Positions 1 to 13,373 of a DNA stretch of 64,000 nt are shown piece after piece. The position numbers and the translations under genes were made by a program. Under the pieces are notes generated by a model. That model was given only the letters and a program-made list of their open reading frames with translations. It ran no database searches and was not told the DNA's origin. Position 1 is the stretch's first letter. Every line of letters begins with the position of its first letter. The stretch is from an uncultured delta proteobacterium (lineage in GTDB: Bacteria > Desulfobacterota > Syntrophia > Syntrophales > UBA2192): NCBI GenBank assembly GCA_963705165.1, contig CAVPJD010000031.1, forward strand, positions 1-64,000, read 5' to 3'.

Positions 1-44
1 TTGTGAAGCAGCACGTTCGTGTCCAGTATGAATGTTTTCACCAT
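1..44 (-). CDS. PIN-domain protein, probably PhoH/YlaK family (N-terminal fragment, runs off window)
   Basis: Minus strand from ATG at 44 reads MVKTFILDTNVLLH, a typical PIN N-terminus; GGAG RBS upstream; downstream of a PhoB-like regulator. Confidence 0.7.
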   Translation of the reverse strand, partial: MVKTFILDTNVLLH

Positions 45-392
45 GGGATCAGACTCCTCCGTTGCCGCGGCAGTCTAATGCCCTTCCCCGCGCACCTGTC
101 CCCACAAGGGAACATCCCAGGCGGGTCGGGGCAATAGTTATCCTCTGGAGTGGAACGAAAGTCGGCCGAAATCGGGCCGGTAGGAAGGGTTCCTTGGGTT
201 GATCCGATTGCAGGATGAGGCCTCCTGTCTACAACGCCGCTTGTCCCGGCGCTCGGATGATGGAACTCGAAATGCCGCACTTTGTTACGTGTATTTTATA
301 ACGCGGGCGCTCCGGTTTGTCAAGGTTTTCCTGCTCATCGGGCGCCCCGGGAGTGGGGGTTCCGACCATCCGGGATCCCTGCGGTCGCGGGC

Positions 393-1085
<693 letters not shown>

Positions 1086-1127
1086 TGATCGGTCACTCCT
1101 CGCATGATCTGTGACGGCAACAATAGC

Positions 1128-2489
1128 TCAAAAAATCTCTGCCAGCAACTCCTTCAGATGCCCTACGCGAACCAGCTCGATTGCGCCGGCCTTGTCCAGC
1201 CCCCTGAGCTGCGTGCGAGGCATGATACAGCGCGTAAATCCCATGCGGGCCGCCTCGCGGATCCGGACTTCCATCTGGTTGATCCCGCGGATCTCGCCCG
1301 TGAGTCCCACCTCGCCGAAGACGACCGTTTTCGGATCGATGGGCCGGTCGAGGAAGCTCGAGGCGATGGCCGCAGCGACTCCCAAGTCCGCGGCCGGCTC
1401 GGAGAGCCTCACGCCCCCCGCCACATTGAGAAAGATGTCGTGGTTGCCCAGGTGCAGGCCCCCGATCTTGTCCAGGACCGCCACCAGCAGCGACACGCGG
1501 TTCACATCCACGCCAATGGCGGTGCGACGGGGCATGCCGAAGCTTGTGCTTACCACCAGGGCCTGGATCTCGACCAGGATGGGCCGGGTGCCCTCGATGC
1601 TCGCCACCACCACGGAGCCGGCCATTCCCTCGGGACGCTCCGTGAGGAAATACTCCGAGGGGTTTGACACCTCCACGAGGCCCCGGTCGCGCATCTCGAA
1701 AACGCCGATCTCGTTGGTGGGGCCGAAGCGGTTCTTGATCCCCCGGATGATGCGGTAGGAGTGCCCCGAGTCGCCCTCGAAGTAGAGGACCGTGTCGACC
1801 ATGTGCTCGAGGACCTTGGGGCCCGCGATGGAGCCGTCCTTCGTAACGTGGCCAACGAGAAAGACGGGGATCCCCGTCTTCTTGGAGAAAATGATGAGCC
1901 GCTCCGAGGCCTCCCTCACCTGCCCCACGCTCCCCGGGGCCGAGGTGAGAAGGGAGCAGTATACGGTCTGAATGGAATCGATCACCACAGCGGCGGGCCC
2001 GACTTCCTTTATATACTTCAGGATGTTTTCGAGGGCCACTTCCACGAGCACAAAGAGGTTTTTCGAGGAGGCCCCTATCCGGTCGGCCCTCAGCTTGATC
2101 TGGCTTGCCGACTCCTCGCCCGTGACGTAGAGGACCTTTCGCCCCCCCGAAGCCAGGCGGTGCAGGACCTGCAGCAGCAGGGTCGACTTGCCGATGCCCG
2201 GGTCGCCTCCGACAAGGATTGCCGAGCCGGCCACGATGCCCCCGCCGAGGACACGGTCCATCTCCTCGAGGCCCGTTTTCAAACGGGCCTTCTCGTCGGC
2301 CTCGACGGTGTCGATGGAACGGGGTTTCTCGTTGAGTTGGTACTCCGGCGGCACGCGGGAATCCGTCGCCTTTGTCGGCTCCTCGGCAAAGCGGTTCCAC
2401 TCCCCGCAGCCGGGGCACTTCCCGACCCACTTGGGCGACTCGTACCCGCAGTTCTGACAGAAAAACGCGGTCTTCTGCTGCTTTTTCAT
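1128..2489 (-). CDS. radA: DNA repair protein RadA/Sms
   Basis: C4 Zn finger (CQNC..CPGC), Walker [15 protein letters not shown] motif, Lon-like C-terminus. Confidence 0.97.
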   Translation of the reverse strand: MKKQQKTAFFCQNCGYESPKWVGKCPGCGEWNRFAEEPTKATDSRVPPEYQLNEKPRSIDTVEADEKARLKTGLEEMDRVLGGGIVAGSAILVGGDPGIGKSTLLLQVLHRLASGGRKVLYVTGEESASQIKLRADRIGASSKNLFVLVEVALENILKYIKEVGPAAVVIDSIQTVYCSLLTSAPGSVGQVREASERLIIFSKKTGIPVFLVGHVTKDGSIAGPKVLEHMVDTVLYFEGDSGHSYRIIRGIKNRFGPTNEIGVFEMRDRGLVEVSNPSEYFLTERPEGMAGSVVVASIEGTRPILVEIQALVVSTSFGMPRRTAIGVDVNRVSLLVAVLDKIGGLHLGNHDIFLNVAGGVRLSEPAADLGVAAAIASSFLDRPIDPKTVVFGEVGLTGEIRGINQMEVRIREAARMGFTRCIMPRTQLRGLDKAGAIELVRVGHLKELLAEIF

Positions 2490-2747
2490 TCTTCCCGGGA
2501 GCCCCTTTTTATCCTTATTGGCTATCTGCGAGACGCTTCATCGTTGCTGTCGGCTGTAGGCTGTCGACGGTCGGCTTTTTACTTCCGACACGCTACACGC
2601 AACACGCTTTTTGGTAAAGTTTTTATTCATGTTTCCATCGACCCAAAGGGTTCCGGGCCCCGCCGGACCCCCTTGGAAATTGCTTGTCTAAATAGTCGAT
2701 TTCTGATAAGAGGACTCTTTCGGATTTTTGACGACAGGTGGGTAATT

Positions 2748-3872
2748 ATGCAACATAATCCAAACTTCAGCTCCGGTCCCTGCAGTAAAAGACCCGGGTG
2801 GAATCTCGACGGGTTGAAAGACGCCGCCGTGGGACGCTCCCACCGCTCGGCGCTGGGCAAGGCCAAACTGGGCGATGCGATCGCCCGCAGCAAGAAACTC
2901 CTCGGCGTTCCCGACGATTACCTGCTCGGGATCCTGCCCGGATCCGACACGGGCGCCTTCGAGGCGGCCATGTGGACGATGCTGGGGCCCCGGCCGGTCA
3001 CCGTGCTGGTGTGGGAAAGCTTCAGCGGCGAGTGGGCCAAGGACATCCAGAAGGAACTCAAACTGAAACCGACGGTCCTCGAGGCCCCCTACGGGAAGCT
3101 CCCCGACCTGAAGGCCGTGGACTGGAAAAGCGATGTCGTATTCGTAGCCAACGGCACGACGAGCGGTGTGAAGATCCCGAACTGGGACTGGATCCCGGAT
3201 AACCGCGAGGGCCTGTCGATGTGCGACGCCACGAGCGCCGTCTTCGCCATGCCCGTCGACTGGTCGAAGGTGGACGTCCTGACCTACTCCTGGCAGAAAT
3301 GCCTGGGCGGAGAGGCGGCACACGGGGTCCTCGTGCTCAGCCCCCGCGCCGCGGCCCGGATTGCGGCCTACGATCCTCCCTGGCCCCTGCCGAAGGTCTT
3401 CCGCCTGAAGAAGAAAGGCGCCGTGGACAAGGCCATCTTCGACGGCGACACGATCAACACGCCCTCGATGCTCTGCGTCGAGGACTATCTGGACGCCCTG
3501 AAATGGGCCGAGCCGATCGGACTTGAAGGGCTCTTCAAGCGCAGCGAGGCCAACCTGAAGGTCATCGAGGACTGGGTCGCAAAGCGCGACTGGGTCGCAT
3601 TCCTCGCCGAAGACAAGGCCACGCGATCCAACACGTCGGTCTGCCTGAAGGTCGTCAGCGACAAGTTCAGGGCCATGGCGGAGAAGGAGCAGGGCGACTT
3701 CATCAAGGCCGTGGCGGGCCAGCTGAGCAAGGAAGGCGCGGCTCACGACGTGAGCGCCTACCGGGATGCCCCTGCGGGCTTCCGCTTCTGGTGCGGGCCC
3801 ACGATCGAGCCCTCTGATGTGAAGCAGGCCCTCGATGGCCTGGAAAAGGTCTATCTGCAAAAAGTGAAATGA
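2748..3872 (+). CDS. serC: Phosphoserine aminotransferase (Methanosarcina/alphaproteobacterial type)
   Basis: [14 protein letters not shown]-terminus, SWQK PLP lysine, [12 protein letters not shown]; directly upstream of serA; start reassigned to ATG 2748. Confidence 0.9.
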   Translation: MQHNPNFSSGPCSKRPGWNLDGLKDAAVGRSHRSALGKAKLGDAIARSKKLLGVPDDYLLGILPGSDTGAFEAAMWTMLGPRPVTVLVWESFSGEWAKDIQKELKLKPTVLEAPYGKLPDLKAVDWKSDVVFVANGTTSGVKIPNWDWIPDNREGLSMCDATSAVFAMPVDWSKVDVLTYSWQKCLGGEAAHGVLVLSPRAAARIAAYDPPWPLPKVFRLKKKGAVDKAIFDGDTINTPSMLCVEDYLDALKWAEPIGLEGLFKRSEANLKVIEDWVAKRDWVAFLAEDKATRSNTSVCLKVVSDKFRAMAEKEQGDFIKAVAGQLSKEGAAHDVSAYRDAPAGFRFWCGPTIEPSDVKQALDGLEKVYLQKVK

Positions 3873-3942
3873 TTCTTCGGGGCCTGCCGCAACGGCCCGT
3901 GAGGGAGAAGCGATGACAGCTCAACGGAAAGGGAAGAAAAAC

Positions 3943-6847
<2,905 letters not shown>

Positions 6848-6951
6848 GAGACAGTAATTAGTTGATTAAGTAACTGGGAATTGGGTCAGAAATCCAATTG
6901 CCTAATTACTGATTACCTAATTACTAATGACTGCGGTCACTGGCCGCCCAT

Positions 6952-7028
6952 GGGCTGTTAGCTCAGTTTGGTAGAGCAGCGGATTTTTAATCCGTTGGTC
7001 GGGGGTTCGAATCCCCCACGGCCCACCA
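6952..7028 (+). tRNA. tRNA-Lys (anticodon TTT)
   Basis: Acceptor GGGCTGT/ACGGCCC, D-arm AGCTCAGTTTGGTAGAGC, anticodon stem GCGGA/TCCGT with loop TTTTTAA, GTTCGAATC T-loop, encoded CCA. Confidence 0.95.
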
Positions 7029-7036
7029 GAAATAAA

Positions 7037-7073
7037 ATGGGGTTCCGAATTGCTTCGGAACCCCATTCGTTTT
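7037..7073. terminator. Probable bidirectional intrinsic terminator
   Basis: AATGGGGTTCCGAA-ttgc-TTCGGAACCCCATT hairpin between converging tRNA-Lys and heme-binding gene. Confidence 0.75.
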
Positions 7074-7098
7074 CTTACCGGTTACCCGATGAGAATGC

Positions 7099-7578
7099 TT
7101 ACTTGATCACCGCAGCGCCGGCCGTGGCAACAACGCCGTCCTGGGCTGCCGTGCCGCCGGAAACGCCGATGGCGCCGATGATCTTGCCGTTTTCGATGAT
7201 GGGCACACCGCCCTCGATAGCGCTGATGCCGTCCAAAGTGAGGTATTGGACATTTGCCTTCACGGCATTCTCGAGGGCCAGGGTCGCGCGCTTGTACATG
7301 ACGGACGCCTTTGCCTTGTGGATCGCCACGTCGTTGCTGCCCCACTGGACCACGTCAAAGCGCTCCATGTAAACGAGCTGTCCGCCCGTGTCCGCAATGG
7401 CGATGACCACGTTGATTTTCATCTCCTTCGCTTTTGCCGCCGCAGCCGCCGCTACCTTCTTTGCCGCATCCAGGCCGATGTTCGGGCCGTAGGGGTTGGG
7501 CATCTGCTGGGCGAAGGCCGAGCCGGCGATGAAGAGAGCGACAACACAAAGTACTGCTACAAGCTTGAGAGAACGCAT
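7099..7578 (-). CDS. Exported GlcG/HbpS-family heme-binding protein
   Basis: Signal peptide (..SAFA|QQ), IADTGGQL, AIHKAKAS, EGGVPI..GAIGVSGG..QD motifs. Confidence 0.85.
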   Translation of the reverse strand: MRSLKLVAVLCVVALFIAGSAFAQQMPNPYGPNIGLDAAKKVAAAAAAKAKEMKINVVIAIADTGGQLVYMERFDVVQWGSNDVAIHKAKASVMYKRATLALENAVKANVQYLTLDGISAIEGGVPIIENGKIIGAIGVSGGTAAQDGVVATAGAAVIK

Positions 7579-7626
7579 ACTTCTTCCTCCTGTTTGTGGG
7601 AGATTCCCTTTTCGGGGTGACGCCAG

Positions 7627-7655
7627 ACTATAGAAAAACGCCCGTGAATTGTCAA
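7627..7655 (-). promoter_or_regulatory. Sigma70-type promoter of the GlcG/HbpS gene
   Basis: TTGACA-17 nt-TATAGT on minus strand. Confidence 0.7.
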
Positions 7656-7761
7656 CGCATTTCGGAACCCGAACGGCCTCGAAATGCAGTCCCAAAGCCT
7701 ATTTCATAAATGACATACCCTCGTAATCTGCACCCCAGTCACGGCGTTTCCGATGAGATGA

Positions 7762-7776
7762 CGGCATGATTGCTGC
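7762..7776 (+). promoter_or_regulatory. Possible sigma54 promoter
   Basis: CGGCATGATTGCTGC with GG-N10-GC spacing, ~45 nt upstream of patatin gene. Confidence 0.3.
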
Positions 7777-7820
7777 AACCTTGCCGATTCCGGCACATGT
7801 GTGATAGAAAAGGCGTCACT

Positions 7821-9314
7821 ATGACAGGATTGTCCCCCCGTTCCCGAAACCGTTTCGGCCTCCCTGGCCTTTTGATCATATGGTCCGCCGTTTTTCTTGC
7901 GGCCTGCGCGGCCCAGTACCCCCTGAACCCCGCGGTGGAAAAATTCGACCGCGTCGAGCCCTACCGGGTGAAGCTCAATGCCCGGGACCGCTCGCAGGAC
8001 ACGCTTCTGATCCTCGCCTTTTCCGGCGGCGGGACTCGAGCGGCGGCTCTGTCTTACGGAATCCTGGAGGCCCTCGACCTGGTGGAGGTTCCTGCGCCTC
8101 CCGCGACGGATAGCAAACGGCACACCCTGCTCGACGAGGTGGACCTGATCTCAGGCGTGTCCGGCGGCAGTTTCACCGCCTCCTATTTCGGCCTGCACGG
8201 CCGCGATATCTTCAACGACTTCCGAACCGAGTTTCTCTACGGTGACTTCCAGGGCGCCATGCTCTGGGGACTTGCGAACCCCGTCAACTGGGTGCGGCTC
8301 TGGTCGCCGCGTTTCGGCCGCAGCGACATGGCCCAGGAATACTACGACTACAAGCTTTTCAAGGGCGCTACCCTGGGGGATATCGCGAAAAAGCCCGGAC
8401 CGGTGGTTATCGTCCTCGCCACGGAGGCCATCGAAGGCATCTCCTTTGGATTCACGCCGAGTCAATTCGCCCTCATCTGCTCCGATTTCGACAAGTTTCC
8501 CGTCTCTCGGGCGGTGGCCGCATCGGCCGCCTTCCCGGGCGCCCTTTCTCCGGTCGTCCTGAAAAATTATGCAGGCCAGTGCGACATCCGGACACCGCGA
8601 TGGATCGAAAAGTCCCTGGCCAACCCGGACATCTCCAGCCGGACCTATTACAATGCCCTGAGGATGAAGACCTACCTCAATCCCAAGACCAAGCCCTATA
8701 TCTACCTGATCGACGGGGGGGTTTCGGACAACCTCGGGGTCCGGGGCATCGTCGAGTCCCTCATTGCCCGGGGCGGCATCCATGAATCGCTGAGGGCCCT
8801 GGGACTCCAGAAGACCAGGCGTGTGGCCATCGTCATCGTCGACGCGAAGACCCAGGAAAAGGCGCACTGGCAGCACCTTGACGAGGTTCCCGGCATCGGG
8901 ACCATCCTGGGAGCCTCTTCCACCATCATGATCAACAAGTACAATTTCGAGACGATCGAGCTTCTGCATCACGTGGCCCGGGACTGGACGCACGACGACG
9001 AGATCCACGGCCAGAAGCCCATCGATTTCTTCATCGTCCACGTGGCCTTCGACGCACTGCCCGATGCGCAGGAGCGCGATTACTTCAACAGCATCCCCAC
9101 GAGCCTCTACCTCGAGCCCGAGCAGGTGGACAGGCTCCGAGAGGTGGCGGCGAAGCTCCTTTACACGGATAAGAATTTCCAGCGGTTCGTGACAGACCTG
9201 GGGGGAAGGATGCCGGAGGTGAAGGCAAGGGCTGCGACGGCAAAACCGGGAGAGCCTGGCGGCATGGCCGACGAGGGAAATCATGCCCTGATAGAGCTGG
9301 GGGTGGAGCCGTGA
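7821..9314 (+). CDS. Patatin-like phospholipase, lipoprotein
   Basis: Lipobox LAAC, SGGGTRA oxyanion motif, GVSGGS nucleophile, DGG. Confidence 0.85.
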   Translation: MTGLSPRSRNRFGLPGLLIIWSAVFLAACAAQYPLNPAVEKFDRVEPYRVKLNARDRSQDTLLILAFSGGGTRAAALSYGILEALDLVEVPAPPATDSKRHTLLDEVDLISGVSGGSFTASYFGLHGRDIFNDFRTEFLYGDFQGAMLWGLANPVNWVRLWSPRFGRSDMAQEYYDYKLFKGATLGDIAKKPGPVVIVLATEAIEGISFGFTPSQFALICSDFDKFPVSRAVAASAAFPGALSPVVLKNYAGQCDIRTPRWIEKSLANPDISSRTYYNALRMKTYLNPKTKPYIYLIDGGVSDNLGVRGIVESLIARGGIHESLRALGLQKTRRVAIVIVDAKTQEKAHWQHLDEVPGIGTILGASSTIMINKYNFETIELLHHVARDWTHDDEIHGQKPIDFFIVHVAFDALPDAQERDYFNSIPTSLYLEPEQVDRLREVAAKLLYTDKNFQRFVTDLGGRMPEVKARAATAKPGEPGGMADEGNHALIELGVEP

Positions 9315-9481
9315 GAAAGGACTGTAAACGAGGAAATCGGGCCAGGACCCTGAACAGCCACCGCTCCTGAAGAGCTTCCATGATAAATGCGGTGACATCT
9401 CAATGAAAAAAGAAAGGCCGGGACCCACAGCCCCGGCCTTCTCGTCAATTATCATTCCTGTTAACCTGGCCCCCGCTAAAA

Positions 9482-10207
9482 TCAATATTTCCAGGTCTGG
9501 TTGAAGCCTCTCTTGTCCTCGATCTGCATTACGCCGGGCTCATGAATCGTTGCCTTCCAGAAGTATATTTTGTTGCCGGTGATCTTCACGTGCAACATGA
9601 GATTGTCAACTGTAGCGAAATTGAAATACCCGAAACCGTAGCAGTCCTGGAAATTGACAGGTGCCGGGGAAGAGGGGATGAAACAACCGAAATCGCCGCC
9701 GTCATCCTGAAGGACCTCCTCGATCTGGAACGGCCCCTGATAGAGCGGTGCGACACCTGTCACATCGGGATTTCCAAGCCCCATGTAGCTCAGAGGAATG
9801 CATGAGAACGGGTACATGGACTGGATCGTGCCGGTGGCTGTCGTGAAATTCATTTTGGGCAATGCACTTATCGCCGACATCATCATGTTCCCATCGCCAG
9901 TGCCTACCTGATAGTAATCATAGATATACGCCGTGCCGTGGACGTTGCGGTTCCAACCTACATCGCCGTTCTTGACTCGGGCGTTGAACTTCTCCGTGCC
10001 GACATAATGGATGAGGAGATCTTTCCCGAATTCCTGCTGAGGTCCTGCGGGATACCCTTCATTTGAAGGCATGCCGTAATAAGGGCAGACTTCCCAGTAA
10101 TCCACGTCCAAATCCTTGGCCTTGAAAACCTGTGTCCCCGCCAGTGCACTGAGCGGGAGCCCCACCACCAGCAGCGCTGCAAATAGAAAAAATAGCCCCT
10201 TCTTCAT
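9482..10207 (-). CDS. Exported hypothetical protein
   Basis: GGAGG RBS, MKK-hydrophobic-ALA signal peptide; no recognisable family. Confidence 0.7.
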   Translation of the reverse strand: MKKGLFFLFAALLVVGLPLSALAGTQVFKAKDLDVDYWEVCPYYGMPSNEGYPAGPQQEFGKDLLIHYVGTEKFNARVKNGDVGWNRNVHGTAYIYDYYQVGTGDGNMMMSAISALPKMNFTTATGTIQSMYPFSCIPLSYMGLGNPDVTGVAPLYQGPFQIEEVLQDDGGDFGCFIPSSPAPVNFQDCYGFGYFNFATVDNLMLHVKITGNKIYFWKATIHEPGVMQIEDKRGFNQTWKY

Positions 10208-10392
10208 TGTTAACCTCCTGTGTGCATGTTCGAACATGTTTTGATCATGTTCACCCCGTCGGGTGAATTTATTGATGGGAAGGCGAAAGAGAGGGTTTGT
10301 CCTGCAGGCAGGACAAACCTTGTAGTCTTAATCGACAGGGGAAATGTAAAACTTGAGGGGGATTTGAAAGGAAAGGAATTATTCACCCTCAC

Positions 10393-11691
10393 TGTGCAAC
10401 CCGGATCATCGTTTACAGTTTAATCCGGGCACATGGTTTACACTTATTGAGATCGATGATGCAGCTCCCATCTCGTTATGGAGCGAGTTCCTTCATGATA
10501 CACGGCCAGCGGTACAGGACCAAAATGAATCGACCAGAGCTCATTGTCGATCTGCCTGAGGCCCACCGGCTCTCCGATCAGGGCTTCGCTCAGGAAGAGC
10601 ATCTCTCCGGCCCATTTGATCTGCCCGTTGGAGCGGACCCGGCGGACCTCAACGCCCGGCCCGTATTCGATCTCTGGCAGACGCTCCGGGAACTGCCGCT
10701 GCGATCTCCGGTAGCACTCCGCAGGGGTTTGCATCCCCAGGGCTTCATGCGGCCGCTGCTCGTTGTACTCGTGCCGGAAGCTCTCCAAGGCCTTCTGCTG
10801 GGCCCGCCGCGTCGCTTTGGGCGGCTGCGCCACGGCTTCCTTCAGCGTCTTATGTATCCTCTCATGGCGGCCGTTTTCCTCGGGGTGACCCGGACGGATC
10901 CGCTCCGGCCAGATCCCGAGCCGCACCCACCAGACCGAGAGTCTCGACAGGCCTCCCAAGCCGACACTGGCGAAGGGAGGCCCATTGTCGGTGCGGATCG
11001 CCCAGGGCAGACCGTACTCCCTAAACGTGCGCTCGAACTCAGGCCGCACATGCTCGAAGCGGGTGCTTTCCGGCCCGTGGCAGCACAGCAGATACCGGCT
11101 CACCCAGTCCGAGGCCGTCAGCGGGTCGATCCGGCAGCCGTCCCCGGTTTGGAACCAGCCCTTGAAGTCCGCCGCCCAGACGTCGTTGGCGCTGACCCCC
11201 TCATGCCGTGGGCCTTCATAGCCCGGCGTCTGCCGGCGAACGCGGCGCGCCTGCGTCAAGCCGTGACGCTTCAGGATCTCCCCCACCGTGCTTTCCGCAG
11301 GCCAGCGCTGATCGGGGGCTTGCTTCTCCAGCGTAACCAACAGCTTGCGGGGTCCCCACAGGGGGTGGCGCTGGCGAAGAGCTATAATGCTCTCTTCGAT
11401 CGCGGCCGGCGTCTGGTTGGGATGCTGCTTCGGGGCCCGGCTCCTCTCCAGAAGACCGGCCGGCCCGTAGAGCGCGTAGCGATCGAGCCACTTGTAGGCC
11501 GTGGGCCTGCTGATCCCGTAAAGGCGGCAAAGCTCACTCAAAGAACTCTCTTGCCGCAGATGCTCTGCGACAAACTTGATGCGTTCATCCATGGCACAGG
11601 TCTCTTTCCAGGGCATCGGAACATCCTCCTAGCCCTAAATTGTAAACCATGTGCCCGGTTAGGTTTGTAAACTATGTAACCGGTTTGTACC
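10393..11691 (-). mobile_element. IS481-family insertion sequence (1,299 bp)
   Basis: Imperfect terminal IRs (TGTGCAACCCGGATCATCGTTTACA / TGTAAACTATGTAACCGGTTTGTACC), perfect 18-bp inner IR (10425-10442 / 11641-11658), CAC on both flanks. Confidence 0.9.
10444..11616 (-). CDS. IS481-family DDE transposase
   Basis: MPWKE start, HTH domains, WAADFKG, RTDNGPPF, ENGRHER, YNEQRPHEAL. Confidence 0.93.
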   Translation of the reverse strand: MPWKETCAMDERIKFVAEHLRQESSLSELCRLYGISRPTAYKWLDRYALYGPAGLLERSRAPKQHPNQTPAAIEESIIALRQRHPLWGPRKLLVTLEKQAPDQRWPAESTVGEILKRHGLTQARRVRRQTPGYEGPRHEGVSANDVWAADFKGWFQTGDGCRIDPLTASDWVSRYLLCCHGPESTRFEHVRPEFERTFREYGLPWAIRTDNGPPFASVGLGGLSRLSVWWVRLGIWPERIRPGHPEENGRHERIHKTLKEAVAQPPKATRRAQQKALESFRHEYNEQRPHEALGMQTPAECYRRSQRQFPERLPEIEYGPGVEVRRVRSNGQIKWAGEMLFLSEALIGEPVGLRQIDNELWSIHFGPVPLAVYHEGTRSITRWELHHRSQ

Positions 11692-11880
11692 CACCCCGAC
11701 CCTCTCCCCTCAAGGGAGAGGGAAGATAAGGTATGGGTTTGTCATAGGAAGGGGATTATTCACCCTCACCTCAGTCCTCTCCCCGTAAAAGGAAGGGATC
11801 GTTCCCCCTCCTCCACTTCCTCCTCCCACCAGGGGAGGAGAACAGAGGAAAGGGCCCTCATAGGGAGAGGAAGATTAAGG
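11692..11880. repeat. Cluster of REP-like palindromic repeats including a nested composite copy
   Basis: Units resembling TTCaCCCTCaCC..CCTCTCCC-N4-6-GGGAGAGG; 11759-11871 matches reverse complement of 32551-32662. Confidence 0.85.
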
Positions 11881-11893
11881 AAAGGGGACATTT

Positions 11894-13192
11894 CTAGGCA
11901 CGGTGGAGCCACTCGCCTTTTGCCTTCACGACGTTGCGCGTGTCGACGACGGGCACGTTGAGGGCGGCGAAATCGATGCTCCGATACTCGTCATGGGGGG
12001 TGGCGATGAGGATGAGCTCGTAGTCCCCTGAAATCGCTGCGGATTCACGTCCCGCGAACTTCGCATACTCCCGCGTGAGACGGATGACGGGGATATAGGG
12101 ATCGTTGTAGCTCACCTGCGCACCCAGGTGCTCGAGTTTCTCCATGAGCCGGTACGAGGGCGACTCGCGGTCGTCGTCGACGTTTGCCTTGTAGGCAAGC
12201 CCCAGGATGAGGATCCGTGAGCCCCGGACAGGCTTTCCCTGGCTGTTGAGGGCTTCCATGACCTTGGAGACCACGTAGTCGGGCATGGACGTATTGATCT
12301 CGCCGGCCAGCTCGATGAAGCGCGTGTTGAACTCGTATTCCCTCGCCTTCCAAGTCAGGTAGAAGGGATCGATGGGGATGCAGTGCCCGCCCAGGCCCGG
12401 ACCCGGGTAGAAGGCCTGGAAGCCGAAGGGCTTGGTGGCCGCCGCCTCGATGACCTCCCAGACGTCGATTCCCATCCGCTCGAAACAGATCTTCAGCTCG
12501 TTGACGAGGGCGATGTTGACGGAACGGTAGATGTTCTCCAGGAGCTTTGCCGCCTCGGCCACCCGGGGCGAGGATACGGGAACGACCCTCTCCACGATCA
12601 TCTCATAGAGGGTCTTTGCCGCCTCCAGGCAGGTCGGGGTGTATCCCCCCACGAGCTTGGGGATGTTGCGCACGCCGAAATTTTTATTGTTCGGGTCCTC
12701 CCGCTCGGGCGAGAAGGCCAGGTGAAAATCCCGGCCCGCTTTCATCCCGTCGGCCTCGAGGATCTTCCGCATGTCACAGTCCGTCGTTCCCGGGTAGGTG
12801 GTGGACTCCAGCACGACGAGCTGGCCGGGCCGGAGGTATTTTGCAATGGCCCGCGTCGTGTTGAAGACGTATCGCATGTCGGGCTCGCGGTTGCGGTCCA
12901 GGGGGGTGGGCACGCAGATGAGGATACAGTCGACGTCCGCGAGAAGCTTGAAGTCCGACGTCGGCGTAAAGTTGCCGTTGATCTCTTTCTTGAGAAGCGA
13001 CGAGTCGATGTGGCGGATATAGCTCTCCCGACGACGAAGGGATGCGACCTTCTTTTCATCCACGTCGAAGCCCGTGACCGTAAACCCGGCCCGGCAAAAC
13101 TCGATGACAAGGGGCAGCCCCACGTAGCCCAGGCCGATAACTCCCACCCGGGCCTTCTTTGCAATGATTTTTTCCACAAGTGACATGAACAA
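11894..13192 (-). CDS. UDP-N-acetylglucosamine 6-dehydrogenase (WbpA-like nucleotide-sugar dehydrogenase)
   Basis: GLGYVGLP, CVPTP, ESTTYPGTT, SPEREDP, GGHCIPIDP, YKANVDDDRES. Confidence 0.88.
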   Translation of the reverse strand: MFMSLVEKIIAKKARVGVIGLGYVGLPLVIEFCRAGFTVTGFDVDEKKVASLRRRESYIRHIDSSLLKKEINGNFTPTSDFKLLADVDCILICVPTPLDRNREPDMRYVFNTTRAIAKYLRPGQLVVLESTTYPGTTDCDMRKILEADGMKAGRDFHLAFSPEREDPNNKNFGVRNIPKLVGGYTPTCLEAAKTLYEMIVERVVPVSSPRVAEAAKLLENIYRSVNIALVNELKICFERMGIDVWEVIEAAATKPFGFQAFYPGPGLGGHCIPIDPFYLTWKAREYEFNTRFIELAGEINTSMPDYVVSKVMEALNSQGKPVRGSRILILGLAYKANVDDDRESPSYRLMEKLEHLGAQVSYNDPYIPVIRLTREYAKFAGRESAAISGDYELILIATPHDEYRSIDFAALNVPVVDTRNVVKAKGEWLHRA

Positions 13193-13373
13193 ATCCTTCC
13201 ATAGGTATCGATGATCGCCGGCACGCCGACGGATGAAAAAGATTGCAAGTTTCGTGCTCTGCGGCCGTGAAAACGACCGATAAAAACCCCCTTTCTGCGA
13301 AAGGGGGCCGGGTTGCCATGTATACTATTTTATTGTCTTTTCCGATCTTCCTAGCTTCGTCGCTTCCTAACTT

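Noticed and set aside
1761..2747. N-terminal 329 aa of the 703-aa ORF (apparent SerC fusion)
   Set aside because: Mostly antisense to radA plus intergenic repeat DNA; SerC motifs begin at ATG 2748.
6952..7100. tRNA-Lys and tRNA-Glu as island attachment sites
   Set aside because: No adjacent integrase, and no duplicated tRNA 3' end seen in the window.
11692..11880. Repeat cluster as a possible CRISPR array
   Set aside because: Units are degenerate, irregularly spaced and dispersed; no cas genes in the window.
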